A stretch of 64,000 nucleotides of DNA from the human T2T-CHM13v2.0 reference genome, Homo sapiens. The DNA is taken from assembly GCF_009914755.1 (NCBI RefSeq), contig NC_060932.1. One strand, written 5' to 3'. This document shows, in pieces, positions 1 through 17,400 of the stretch; the stretch's first letter is position 1, and each line of letters begins with the position of its first letter. The notes under the pieces are model-generated. The model was not told the DNA's origin and ran no database searches. It was given only the letters and a program-made list of their open reading frames with translations. The position numbers were made by a program, and so were the translations under genes.

Positions 1-16
1 AAACAATTTTCAATTT

Positions 17-979
17 TGAAGGGGTGGCCTCCCCCTCCACACCTGTGGGCGTTTCTTGTCAGGTGGAATGAGAGACTTGAGAAAAGAAAGAGACACAGAG
101 ACAAAGTATAGAGAAAGAAAAGTGGACCCAGGGGACTGGTGCTCAGCATACAGAGGACCTGCGCTGGCACCAGTCTCTGAGTTCCCTCAGTATTTATTGA
201 TCATTATCGGGCGTTTCTCAGAGAGGGGGATGTGGCAGGACAATAGGGTAAGAGTGGAGAGAGGGTCAGCAGGAAAACATGTGAACAAATGTCTCTGCAT
301 CATAAACAAGGTAAAGAAAAAAGTGCTGTGCTTTTGATGTGTATATACATAAACATCTCAATGCCTTAAAGAGCAGTATTGCCGCCAGTATGTCTCACCT
401 CCAGCCCTAAGGCAGTTTTCTCCTATCTCAGTAGATGGAATATACAATCGGGTTTTACACCAAGACGTTCCATTGCCCAGGGACAGCAGGAGACAGATGC
501 CTTTCTCTTATCTCAACTGCAAAAAGGCCTTCCTCTTTTACTAATCCTCCTTAGCACAGACCCTTTACGGGTGTCGGGCTGGGGGACGTTCAGGTCTTTG
601 CCTTCCCACGAGGCCATATTTCAGACTATTACATGGAGAGAAACCTTGGACAATACATGGCTTTCCTAGGCAGAGGTCCCTGCGGCCTTCCGCAGTGTAT
701 TGTGTCTCTGGGTACTTGAGATTAGGGAGTGGTGATGACTCTTAACAAGCATTCTGCCTTCAAGCATTTGTTTAACAAAGCACATCCTGCACGGCCCTTA
801 ATCCATTTAACCTTGAGTTGACAGCACATGTTTCAGGGAGCACAGGGTTGGGGGTAGGGTACAGATTAACAGCATCTCAAGGCAGAAGAATTTTTCTTAG
901 TACAGAACAAAATGGAGTCTCTTATGCCTACTTCTTTCTACATAGACACAGTAACAGTCTGGTCTTTCTTTTCCCCACA
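17..979 (-). mobile_element. HERV-K(HML-2) solo LTR, LTR5B/LTR5A-like
   Basis: Minus strand starts TGTGGGGAAAAGAAAGA and ends CCACCCCTTCA; 963 bp; AATAAA on minus strand at 193-198. Near-perfect 6-bp TSD caattt (11-16) / aaattt (980-985). Interrupts an L1 ORF2 sequence. Confidence 0.93.
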
Positions 980-2530
980 AAATTTATAAGAAACCACATA
1001 AGACCTTAAAACCCAAGCAATTCTGAGTGAAAAGAGCAAAGTTGGAGGCATCACAATACCTGACTTCAAAATATACTATAAAGCTATAGTAATCAAAACA
1101 GCATGATAATGACATAAAAACACATAGATCAATGAAACAAAGAGCCAAAAATAAATGGACACATTTATAGTCAATTGATTTGTGACAATAAAGATGTTTA
1201 CTAACTGGATATTCACATGTAGAAGAACAAAATTAGACTCTTGTCTCACAAAATATAAAAAACCAATGCAAAATGGACTAAAGACTTAAAACTAAGACCT
1301 GAAACTATAAAATTATTAGAAGAAAATATAGGAAAAAGCTCCACAACATTGGATCTGGCAATGATTCATAAATATGACACCAAAAACACAGACAGCAAAA
1401 GCAAAAATATAGAAATGGAATTATATCTAACTAAAAAGCTTCTACACAACAAAGGAAACAGTCAACAAAGTAAAGAGAGAACTTAAGGAATTAGAGGAAA
1501 TATTTGCAAACTATACATCTGATAAAAGGTTAATATAAAAATATATAAAGAACTCCAACCACTCAATAGCAGGAAAACAATCCAGTTAAAAATGGGCAAA
1601 GGACCTGAATAGACATTGCTCAAAATAAGACAAACAAATGGACAACAGGTATATGAAAATATGCTCAAAATCACTAATAATCACAGTAATTCAAATTAAA
1701 ATCAGAAAGAGATATTACCTCACACCTGTCAGAATACGATCATCAAAATAGATGAATGGTAACAGATGTTGGTAAGGGTGTGGAGTAAAGGAAACCTTTG
1801 CACACTATGATGGAAATATAAATTAGTACAGCCATTACAAAAACAGTATGGAGGTTCATCAAAAACTTAGAACTTCATATAATCCAGTGATCCCATTACT
1901 GGATATATATTCACAGGAAACAATAGCAGTATGTTGAAGAGATGTCTGCACTTTCATTTTAATTTCAGCCTTGTGTACAATAGCCAAGGAATCAACCTAA
2001 GTGTCTATCAATAAATGAATGGATTAAAAATCTGGTAGAGATACACAATGGACTACTATTCAGACTTTTTTAAAAGAAAAAATTCCTGTAGTTGGTGACA
2101 ACATGGATGAACCTGGAGGACATGTTGAGTGAAATAAGGCAGGCATAGAAAGACAAATACATCATCTTCTCACTTATTGTGGAATCTAAAAATGTGAAAG
2201 TCATACCAGCAAGGAGTAAAATGGTGCTACCAGGGGCTGGGAGTGGGAAACTGGGGTGATGGTGGTCAAAGGATACAGAATTTAAATGAGATAGGAGGCA
2301 TAAGTTCATGGTGACTATGGTTAATAAAGATGGATTGTATACTTGAAAATTGCTAAGAAAGTAGATTTTAAGTGTTTTTACCACAAAATAATCAGAAGTT
2401 TGTGTGTCAACGCATGTGTTAATTAGCTTGATTTAGCCACTTTAGAATGTATACATGTATCAAAACATCATGCTGTACATCATTAATACATAACATTTTT
2501 ATTTGTCGATTTTTTAAAAAATGTATTTTT
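980..2530 (+). mobile_element. L1MA-type LINE-1, 3' ORF2 and 3'UTR (degenerate)
   Basis: ORF2-like 'ggaggcatcacaatacctgacttcaaaatatactataaagctatagtaatcaaaacagcatg' and an L1MA-type 3'UTR ending in an A-rich tail. Confidence 0.85.
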
Positions 2531-2914
2531 AAAAAAAACAACAATAATGGTCATTAAAGTTGAAATATCACTAAAGATCTATACAGATATTAAAAAATGG
2601 TAAGATGATATCATGCACATTATATAAGTAAACAACAATCAGATAAAATTGACAAATTATCCTAAAATTGTATTTATAAACACCAACATAAGTCAATATT
2701 AAAAAAGTGAATAAATAGCCTTAAAAGAAATCACATCCATAATTTCACAACCTCTCATCAGAGAGAAGTTCATGCCACATGACTCTACAAGTAATTATTT
2801 AAAAGTTAAGGAATTCTACTGATTTTAGACTTAGGAAAAAACCTAATATGCCCTAACTTCTTCGAGGATAAAATAATCTTGATGCAAAAATCTGATGAGG
2901 ATATTTCAAGAATA

Positions 2915-4535
<1,621 letters not shown>

Positions 4536-4539
4536 TCCA

Positions 4540-6842
<2,303 letters not shown>

Positions 6843-7432
6843 TAAAAAGGGGTTAAAGGGAACATCTCAAGACTTGATGACACTATTCATGTTGTTTTGG
6901 GGAAATGTCAATCTCTTCTAGAAGTGTATTCAACATATAACTTTAGATACGTTCATTTTAAAGGTAAACAGTACATCTAAAAAGTAATATATTGGAAATT
7001 GTATTTTGAATGAAAAAGACGTGAAAGAACAAAGCCTTTATAGTCTTAAAAATGAGAAGAAAGGAAAAGCAAAACAAAAAACCTATGATACCTCATAAAT
7101 ATTAAAAATATAATGATGTCATAGTAAGAACATAACATGTCAGGAATAGACATAACTGTTAAAAGGTTATATTTTCCTATTAAATGAGAATTATATTGTA
7201 TTATAAAATATCCAGCTGTATGCTCTCTACATTTCCATATCTACAGTAATCAAAACACATAGGGAATTGTTTCGGGAATCTTTGAGCTGAGATTACCAAT
7301 GGCACTCCTGCTGATGCAAATTAATAATTTGTTGCTTTTTATTAACTGAGTGAAATGAAACATTTATAAATCAAAGAAAAAGAACTTAAAAGAATCTATG
7401 GCAAATTCCTTAAATTGTTTTATTAATATAAT

Positions 7433-7920
7433 TGTGGTAGGCAGAATATCATCCTCTCAAAGTTGCCCCCATCTCATCCTTGAACCTGTGTGCATGCTAT
7501 TTCACATGGCAAAAGGAACTTCGCAGGTGTGATTAAGTTAAAGACCTTGTGATGGAGACAATATACCACATTATTCAGATGCATCCAATTGCTCAGATTT
7601 TTTAAAGCAGAAGAAGAAGGAGAAGAAAAGCTGATAGTGATGTGCTATGACAAGAATTTGACTTCCCTTTACTGGCTTTAAAGATAGAGGAAAAAAACAT
7701 GAGCCGAGGAATTTGAGTGGCCTTCTATGAGCTGAAAAAGGCAGGAAAATAGATTCTACCAGAAAGCTTCCAGAAAAGAACGCAAGCCCACCAACACCTT
7801 GATTTTTAGCTCATTGGACTTCTACACTACAGAAGTTTAGATCGTATGTTTGCATGGTTTTAAACCGCTAAGTTTGTGGTAACCTGTTAAAGGTTACAGC
7901 AGTAAGAGGAAAAAAACACA
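7433..7920 (+). mobile_element. MaLR LTR (MLT1D/E-like)
   Basis: Starts tgtggtaggcagaat; contains acatggcaaaaggaacttcgcaggtgtgattaagttaa; ends gctaagtttgtggtaa...acagcagtaagaggaaa. Confidence 0.8.
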
Positions 7921-8345
7921 GTTACACTAAGTAATAAGTAGGTTGTTTACGCTGGTTTCTTAGTTTACCACTGCTGAGATTTCTTTCCCAGAAATCTAAG
8001 TAAAAATAACACTGCATTAGGGAGGGTTGAAAATGGAATAATGCTTCTGGAGAGTACCGTACATGCCCCTCTTCATTATAACCTGAATGTTGGAGGGCAG
8101 ATGTGCTATTACAACTTTTCTTATTTGAGTTGTGGAGAGGAGTACTTCCTATATTCTCTAATCAACATTTTAAAATAATATATTTTTCAAAATTGAGAAC
8201 AAGATGAATAATAAATGTAAAGAACACTTCACATTTCCAACTTGATCTCTTGCTAGAAAACATTTAAAATAGTTTTGGGGAATGAGAATGTCTAAGTCTT
8301 AATATAGAATGCCTTCAGGGAAATTTGAGACAATTATAATGCATG

Positions 8346-9037
8346 AATGCATGACTGATTTTTAAAATAACCCATGGAATTTTGAAAATTACATATATTC
8401 TTTTTTCATTATAAAGTTCCCTTGCTATTAGATTATGCTTTTTAGTGACTGTTGTTATACATTATCTGATAATTGATTAGTTGTTTGATAGCTAAAATAA
8501 TTGATTGGATTTTTACATGGAAAATTACCTACGAAATCTTAATTTTCAAACATATTTTCTAAGGATCCCCTAGTACTGGAATGAATAATTTAAAAAAAAA
8601 ACAAGCAAATACACAAAAAAGCAAGTATGTGTGTGATATATTATGAAAGAAAACCAAATTATAAACATTGAACAGTATATAAGCAATAGCAATTACTAAA
8701 AATGTAAAAACTAAGAAGATGGGCAAGATAGTGAACTTAATATAATCAATGAGATGTCTCTGAAATATGTAAAACAAAATACGTGGAATATGCACATATC
8801 CATCCATAGAATATGCACCCTGAAATATATAAAACAAAATACATGGACCATGCACGTATCCATAGTTCATAAGGCTTTAATATACCTCTTTCAGGCTATC
8901 AAACAACTAATAAATTATCAGTAATTAACAACAGTCACTAAAAAGCATATCTAATAGCAAGGGAACTTCATAATCAAAAAAAGAATACACATAATTTTCA
9001 AAATTCCATGGGTTATTTTAAAAATCAGTCATGCATT
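8346..9037. repeat. Long inverted repeat, arms ~8346-8492 and ~8895-9037, spacer ~400 bp
   Basis: Left arm aatgcatgactgatttttaaaataacccatggaattttgaaaatta...ttagttgtttgatagc is the reverse complement of the right arm gctatcaaacaactaa...taattttcaaaattccatgggttattttaaaaatcagtcatgcatt. About 90% identity by eye. Confidence 0.93.
8760..8863 (+). repeat. Imperfect direct repeat, 60-nt period
   Basis: ctgaaatatgtaaaacaaaatacgtggaatatgcacatatccat (8760) versus ctgaaatatataaaacaaaatacatggaccatgcacgtatccat (8820). Confidence 0.85.
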
Positions 9038-9179
9038 AGATCATGCTGAAAATAATTATAGATACCAAAAAATCTGAAAATAAACGTGTATTCCCACAAC
9101 ATAATAAAGCTGGATATTAACCTAAAACACATTGTCCCTGACAATCCATCTGCAAAGAAAAAGAAATGCTTTATTTTTA

Positions 9180-9940
9180 AAGACATTTAAACTGGGGGGA
9201 GAGGTGAAGTCTTGAGTTTTTGTATGTGACTGAAGTTTTTATCAGTATACAATAATTTATTTTAACTATAAGATATTTTATGTAAGCCTTATGATAACCA
9301 CAACGCAAAAAACTATGGCAGGTGCACAAATGAGAAAGGAAGTAAAACTTAACACAAAAGAAAATCACCAAATCACAAGGATAAACAACAAGAGAAGAAG
9401 AAAAGAACAAAAGATCTACAAAACAACCAAATAACAACTAAAAAAATGGCAGTAGTCAATTCTTGCCTATAAATAGTTACTTTGACTATAAATGGATTCG
9501 ATTATTGAATCAGAAGACACAGAGTGGCTGAATGGATTTTTTAAAAAGATTAAATTATATGCTACATCCAGGAGCCTAGCTTTAGCTTTAAGGACCCACA
9601 TAGGCTGAAAGTAAAGGAATGCAAGACTATATTTCATGCACATAGTAACCGAAAAAGAACAGGGACAGCTATATTAATAACAGATAAAGTAGACTTCAAG
9701 TGGAAAACAGTCACAAGAAACAACAAAATACTTAATGAAAATGGTATAATTCATCAAGAATACATAACAATTATAAATGCATCCAATACTGAAGTACCTA
9801 AGTATATAAGGTAAATATTAACAGACATTAAAGGAGAAATAGATGGCAATACAGTATAATAGGAGAGGATTTTAATACTCCACTTTCAACAATGGACATA
9901 TCAACCAGACAGAAAATTAACAAGAAAGTACTGGAAAAGC
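9180..9940 (+). mobile_element. L1M inter-ORF region and ORF2 endonuclease fragment
   Basis: Contains aagacacagagtggctgaatggat, aaggacccacataggctgaaagtaaaggaatg and gacattaaaggagaaatagatggcaatacag. Confidence 0.8.
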
Positions 9941-10072
9941 TGTTTTAAAAGAATAATATGAACATTCCAGTCCTGTAATTAGGAAAATATAAAATAAGCA
10001 TTAAAAAGTAGTAATTCTAATCAATAATAGCAAATGCAAACATTTATAATCTGTGCAATATTAATGCAATAT

Positions 10073-10680
<608 letters not shown>

Positions 10681-11829
10681 TCTCTTTTCTATATTTTTAT
10701 AATGTTTCTTTGCAGTCTCTAATTGGTCTGTTAATGGTGCCTATCAATTTGAGTAATTTGTAATATTCTTGTTCCTTTAGGACTATTGGGTTTTATGTAT
10801 TGATTATCAAGACCTCCACCATGCCAAGACTATAAAACAGTATCAGTACTTTATTCTTATATTTTATTGCTAATTTTAAGGCTTATAGCTTTACTTTTTG
10901 TAAAATGTATCCCTCTATATGCTGTGAAATATTTGTTCAAATATTTATTAGCAGTGATACATGTGAACACAGGTACAAATAAGGTGCATGCAGCCACATT
11001 TGTATGGGTGAGTGGGTACAAAACAGAGCTTCCATTTGTGAAAAATGGAGGATATTTATGAAGATACAGGTGTCAATGCCCTTTCGACAAAGACTACCTA
11101 GAACATATCCGTAGTGTTACAAATTAGGCTTATTTTATATATATATATTTTATATATATATAAAGGCAACCAGATATCATATAAAATCTGTTTCTGTTAT
11201 CTAATAGGAACAGGGAAAGAAAAAAGCTCTGCTATGCAAAATGGTCAAAATATATGATTATTTAATTCATAAATAAAATTGCACAAATGCAAATTTATGC
11301 ACAAACTCACTGGTAATCAGAGAAGTAATAATGAGAGCTTTGAGATCAGTTTTTCCATTCCTTGTTACAAATTAAAATGATTGGTCATAATTAGTACTGC
11401 TAAGTATTGTGGTACAGGGAGAGCGTCTTCATTAATTACTAGTGAAAGAATATATACACACACATACATTTATACAGCATTATTTAACTTTGGAAGGTTA
11501 AACAGTAAATTATACAATGTGATTACCCCTAGAGAATCTGGAGAATGTAATTACAATTTCAACTTCTGCTCTATATTTTATATATTATTTGATTGTATAA
11601 GCATACGTCCATTTACATGCATACATATGAAAAAGTGTGAACAAATGGAAATTTCAAAATTAAGAAGAATCCTGCCTTTATATTAAAGGACAAGATCTTT
11701 GAAACTAGATCTCTGAGTAAATAAAATTGTTTAATAAAAGAGTTAAGAATATAAAAATATGGTGTAAATGCAGTGTTATTTACATACAAATAATATTTGT
11801 TTTTTAAGATTCTTTAAAGTTATTACCTA

Positions 11830-12141
<312 letters not shown>

Positions 12142-12449
12142 TAATAATTGACTGCCATTTACTTTTTAAAAATAATAGGTATAGTCTTTTTTTGTTGATT
12201 TCTATTATAGTAAAACATGGTACATAAATATATACTAAGTACATTTTTATTCTACTTACTGCCTCACTCTAACTTTATTTACAATTGGAATCCTTAGTAA
12301 ACAAATCACCCATGAGACCCTTGAGAAAAGTTTGTTTCTCCTAAAAACCACCTTTTCATTCCCCCAAGGATATGTTTTGGTGTTGGTAACTTACGAGTTA
12401 ATTATGAAATATTTTAGCTGATGAATATTGCTGACCAACTGCTATTTTA

Positions 12450-12844
<395 letters not shown>

Positions 12845-13001
12845 AGAAATGGTAAACTAATACAGCTTCATTGGAATTATACAATTATATTGTATAACTA
12901 CAAGTTTGTACACAACAGAATATTAAATTGAAATTGAGATTAAGAAACAAGAGCTTTTAAGTGGTTAAACTGTAATAATATTTCTTCCTGTAAAATTTTA
13001 G

Positions 13002-13097
13002 GAATGTCAATTTAAGAAGTGCTGTGATTATAACACATGTAAACTGAAGGGCTCAGTAAAATGTGGTTCTGGACCATGTTGTACATCAAAGTGTGAG
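13002..13097 (+). CDS. ADAM18: ADAM18 internal coding exon A (disintegrin domain: ECQFKKCCDYNTCKLKGSVKCGSGPCCTSKCE)
   Basis: Splice sites ttttag|GAA and GAG|gtaagt; 96 nt, phase 0-0. ADAM disintegrin cysteine pattern CC...C...C...CC...C; in frame with the next exon. Confidence 0.93.
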
Positions 13098-13283
13098 GTA
13101 AGTTACCAACATTCATTAAAAGCAAATTGAACTGTGGTAAGAGACGTCTGTATTAACTGAATCAATGTGCAATTAATAAAAAGAATATATAAGGAATTTA
13201 GTGAAATAAAATGTAGAGTGCATGAACAAACACAAGTTTAAAGGAAAATTGCTATAAAATATAAAAGTCATCTCAGACAGGTA

Positions 13284-13689
13284 CGGTTGCAGTTACTATA
13301 TGCATGGGCTCCACATACTGAACCACTTAATACGTGCAAACATGAATTAGGTGCATTAGCATGATGCATGTGAGATTTATTCCTGTTGTGTCTATTAGCA
13401 AATAATTCCTTTTTGTTGCTGAATAGTATTGCAAATATTGTAAAGATATGCCAGAGTTTATTTTTATTTTTGTCTTTATTCCCTAAACAATACAGTATAA
13501 CTATTTACATAGCATTTATATTGTATTAGGTAATATAAGTAATACAGAGATAATAAAAATATATGAGAAGATGTGTGTAAGTTATATACAAATGTTACAA
13601 GATATTATGTAAAGGACTTGAGTGCCCATAGATTTAATATGCCTGAGGGTTCCTGGAACCAAATGCCCATGGATTCTGAGTGATGATTC
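13284..13689 (-). mobile_element. MER2 (TcMar-Tigger) with its interior replaced by foreign sequence
   Basis: 13462-13689 resembles MER2 (ttattccctaaacaatacagtataac...ttcctggaaccaaatgcccatggattctgag). A degenerate other end lies at 13284-13328. TA on both flanks. Confidence 0.75.
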
Positions 13690-14249
13690 TATTCTTTAGT
13701 GTTAAAATCACAAAGTTTACCATCTTCTAAATTATCAGATAAAAGGGAGAAAAAACACACATTACTACATCCAAAAAGTTATTAACTCTCAAATAAATTA
13801 TAAAGTCAAATAAATGATGAATGATTATGGAAAAAATTGTAGCATGAATAGCAGACAAAATATGCAGCATATAGAATGTGTAAAGAACTCTCATTGATAA
13901 CTGAAATGCAAATCATACACATACAATTGAAATGAACAGTATTTATTGATATTGGAATGATTACATAATTATATATTGTACAAGAGTTAGTAAATATGGA
14001 CTAAATATTAATGCAGTAATATAGTATTATGTCCAAGACACACATTTGGATAAGAAAACAAGTTCCTTAGTAGCAAGATATTTTATTATTCCAATTCTGG
14101 TAAATCACCTCTATGTAAATATTCTATGTATTTTTTTTTGTTTTAGCTATTAATGTATAATTTAATATACTAAAATTCTGTTAGTGAATATTCCCAAGTG
14201 TCAGAAGAAACATATTTAAGCTTATAACTAGCATCATAAAAAGGATAGG

Positions 14250-15235
14250 TGATGTCATCACTCCTCTCTCACATTTCCCTGTGCCTCTTTATACTCAATC
14301 CATGACTCCACCCGCAGCCCCTGGTAACCACTGATCTGTTTTCTGAAGCTGTAATTATGCTTTTGCAAAATTATCACATAAATTGAATCATACAATATGT
14401 GCAAATGTGAAGCAGGCATCTTAACATAATGTATTTGAGATACATTCATGTTCTTATGTTTATTAGCAGATCATTCCTTTATAGTGACTGCATATTAGTA
14501 GTATTGCAAGGATTGTAAGGATGTACCACAGTTCATTCATCCATTCCCCAGTTGAGGGATATTTTGGCTGTTTTCCATTTTTGGTGATGAAAATATGGCT
14601 ACTTTAATATTCATAAGCATATTTGTGCATGAACATAGTGTTTCATTTCACTTAGCTAGATACCTAGGAGAGGGATTGCTGGATCATATGGTAAATATGG
14701 AACTTTATAGGAAATTGAAAAACAGTCTTTCAAAGCAACTGTACTATCTTGAGTTCCCACCAGACACTTATGAGACTTACGGTTGCTTTGTAAATTGAAT
14801 GTAAACACTAAAACTATAAAATATATGGTTTTGTGTTATCTTTGCTACTGATTTGTTATTTGTACCTTTTAAAAATCATTTAAATCATTGATCCATACAA
14901 ATTATTGATTATAAATTACTGATTAACCATTGCTTTATGAATCATTAATTAATCAGGCTAATTTCATATTTCATTTCATGTGTAGTGAATAATTCTTATA
15001 ATAGAACATGATCATATACCATAAAAACAAAATATGTTTTTACTATTTTTGCTGTATAGTCTTTTATCTTTTAGAGTAAATAAAAGAAGAAAAAAAATTA
15101 AATGAATTAACATCATTTGTTTCATTTCAGAGGTCTATTTTCTTTTGCAGATTTCTGTTTACTATCATATTTCTTGTACCTGAAGACCTCCCTTTACTAT
15201 TTCTTGTCATTTATGTCCTCTGAAAATAAATTATC
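14250..15235 (-). mobile_element. Old L1M fragments
   Basis: Reverse-complement L1 3'UTR motifs (cagcccctggtaaccactgatctgttttct; gggattgctggatcatatggtaa). Confidence 0.7.
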
Positions 15236-15239
15236 TCAG

Positions 15240-15543
15240 TTTTTTTTGTTTGTTTGTTTGAGACAGGGTCTGGCTCTGCTGCCCAGACTGGAGTGCAGTG
15301 GCACTATCTCTGCTAGCTGCAACCTCCACCTCCTGGGCTGAAGCCATCCTTCCACCTCAGCCTCCCAAGTAGCTAGGACTACAGGCACACACCACCATGC
15401 CCAGCTAATTTTTGTATTTTTTGTAGAGATGGGGTATTCCACCATGTTTCCCAGGCTGTCCTTGAACTTCTGAGCTCAAGCAATCTATCCCCCTAGGCCT
15501 CCCAAAATGCTGGGATTACAGATGTTAGCCACCACGCCTGGCT
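15240..15543 (-). mobile_element. AluJ (Jb-like)
   Basis: gagacagggtct...ctgagctcaagcaatc; TSD-like ctcagtt on both sides. Confidence 0.92.
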
Positions 15544-15708
15544 ACTCAGTTATTTTTTGTCTAGGAAAGTCTTTGTGTCTCATCCTTTTTTGAAATATAT
15601 AGTTACAGGGTATGGAATTCTAAGTTGAAAAAGTTGTTTTTAAATTTCATCACTTTTAAGTTACCATTTCTTTTATTTATTATGCATCTTTGTTTCATTA
15701 TTGAATAT

Positions 15709-16066
15709 TGTATTAGTTGGTTTTCATGCTGCTGATAAAGGCACACCTGAGACTGGGAAATTTACAAAAGAAAGAAGTTTAATGGACTCGCAGCTCCTCA
15801 TGGCTGGGAAGGCCTCACAATCATGGTGGAAGGTGAAAGGCACATCTCACATGGCGGCAGACAAGAGAAGAGAGCTTGTGCAGGGAAACTGCTTTTTATA
15901 AAACCATCAGATCTTGTGAGACCTATTCACTATCATGAGAATAGCACAGGAAAGACCTGCCCCCTGATTGAATTATCTCCCACCGGGTGCCTCCCATCAC
16001 ATGTGGGAATTATGGGAGCTACAATTCAAGATTAGATTTGGGTGGGGACACAGCCAAACCGTATGA
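15709..16066 (-). mobile_element. THE1 (THE1A-like) solo LTR
   Basis: tgtattagt...aggcacatctcacatggcggcagacaagagaag...gggtggggacacagccaaaccgtatga. 5-bp TSD aatat/agtat. Confidence 0.9.
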
Positions 16067-16097
16067 AGTATTAATTTCATCAAACTGGATTGTATTT

Positions 16098-16137
16098 TGT
16101 GTGTGTGTTTGTGTGTGTGTGTGTGTGCATGTGTGTG
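16098..16137. repeat. (TG)n microsatellite, imperfect
   Basis: tgtgtgtgtgtttgtgtgtgtgtgtgtgtgcatgtgtgtg. Confidence 0.9.
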
Positions 16138-16303
16138 ACATCAACATATATAGCAGGACAGCATTTCAACATGGTGAACTTCACTATGGATGGCAATCTA
16201 TTAGGTCAGGCCACCACAAAATTTTGGCAATAACTGTACACCTCACCTAAGTGATGCAAGGAGGCGTTTATGCTCTTAGATAATAATAAACATATAAAAA
16301 TGA

Positions 16304-16624
<321 letters not shown>

Positions 16625-16634
16625 GATGCTGATA

Positions 16635-16856
16635 TGATGATAGCTATCATATATGCACACTGCACTGCTTACTATGTATTGTTCTAAGAACTTTTTCCAT
16701 TACTCCTGTTCAATACTAATAAGAACTCTATGAGAATTTGTCTTTTATTCCAAGCTTACAAAAGTAAAACAGATAGATTGTGTTTCTCACCCATACAAAT
16801 AAGGTAGTAAGAGTGAGAGACTGGGACTGAAACCAGGAAGTCTGGCTCCTGAGTTT
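16635..16856 (-). mobile_element. MIR
   Basis: aagaactctatgag...tttattccaagcttacaaaag...ctgggactgaaaccaggaagtctggctcc resembles the MIR core in reverse complement. Confidence 0.6.
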
Positions 16857-17201
16857 CTCCAAGAACAAAAAGGTAGAGACAGTGTTCCTATAGTTCCAAG
16901 GAACAGGTATGTTTAATCTAATGCTGTTTGAGTCAGCTTATTTCAAAATGTAGAGCACAAAGGAGGTGAGCAGCTGCAAACTCACTGTCAAAAGGAATTC
17001 TTTCACGTCTTTGAGACAGTTTTCTCTGGGCTTCACAATGAATACTGTATTTGATTTTTTTTGGCAAACTCACGGACTTGGGAACTCTGGTGTTCCCTCA
17101 AATATCAATAATTAGAAACATTTTATGTGATAAATCTTTTCACTAAGCAATTGAGAAAAATGATTTACAGAACTTAATTTTATTTTTCCTTTTCCTCCCA
17201 G

Positions 17202-17400
17202 TTGTCAATAGCAGGCACTCCATGTAGAAAGAGTATTGATCCAGAGTGTGATTTTACAGAGTACTGCAATGGAACCTCTAGTAATTGTGTTCCTGACACT
17301 TATGCATTGAATGGCCGTTTGTGCAAGTTGGGAACTGCCTATTGCTATAACGGACAATGTCAAACTACTGATAACCAGTGTGCCAAGATATTTGGAAAAG
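17202..17400 (+). CDS. ADAM18: ADAM18 internal coding exon B (disintegrin loop [15 protein letters not shown] and start of cysteine-rich domain)
   Basis: Polypyrimidine tract tttttccttttcctcccag|TTG and donor AAAG|gtattg; 199 nt, phase 0-1. Encodes [66 protein letters not shown]. Confidence 0.95.

Noticed and set aside
11133-11164. (TA)n palindromic tract
   Set aside because: Ordinary short microsatellite.
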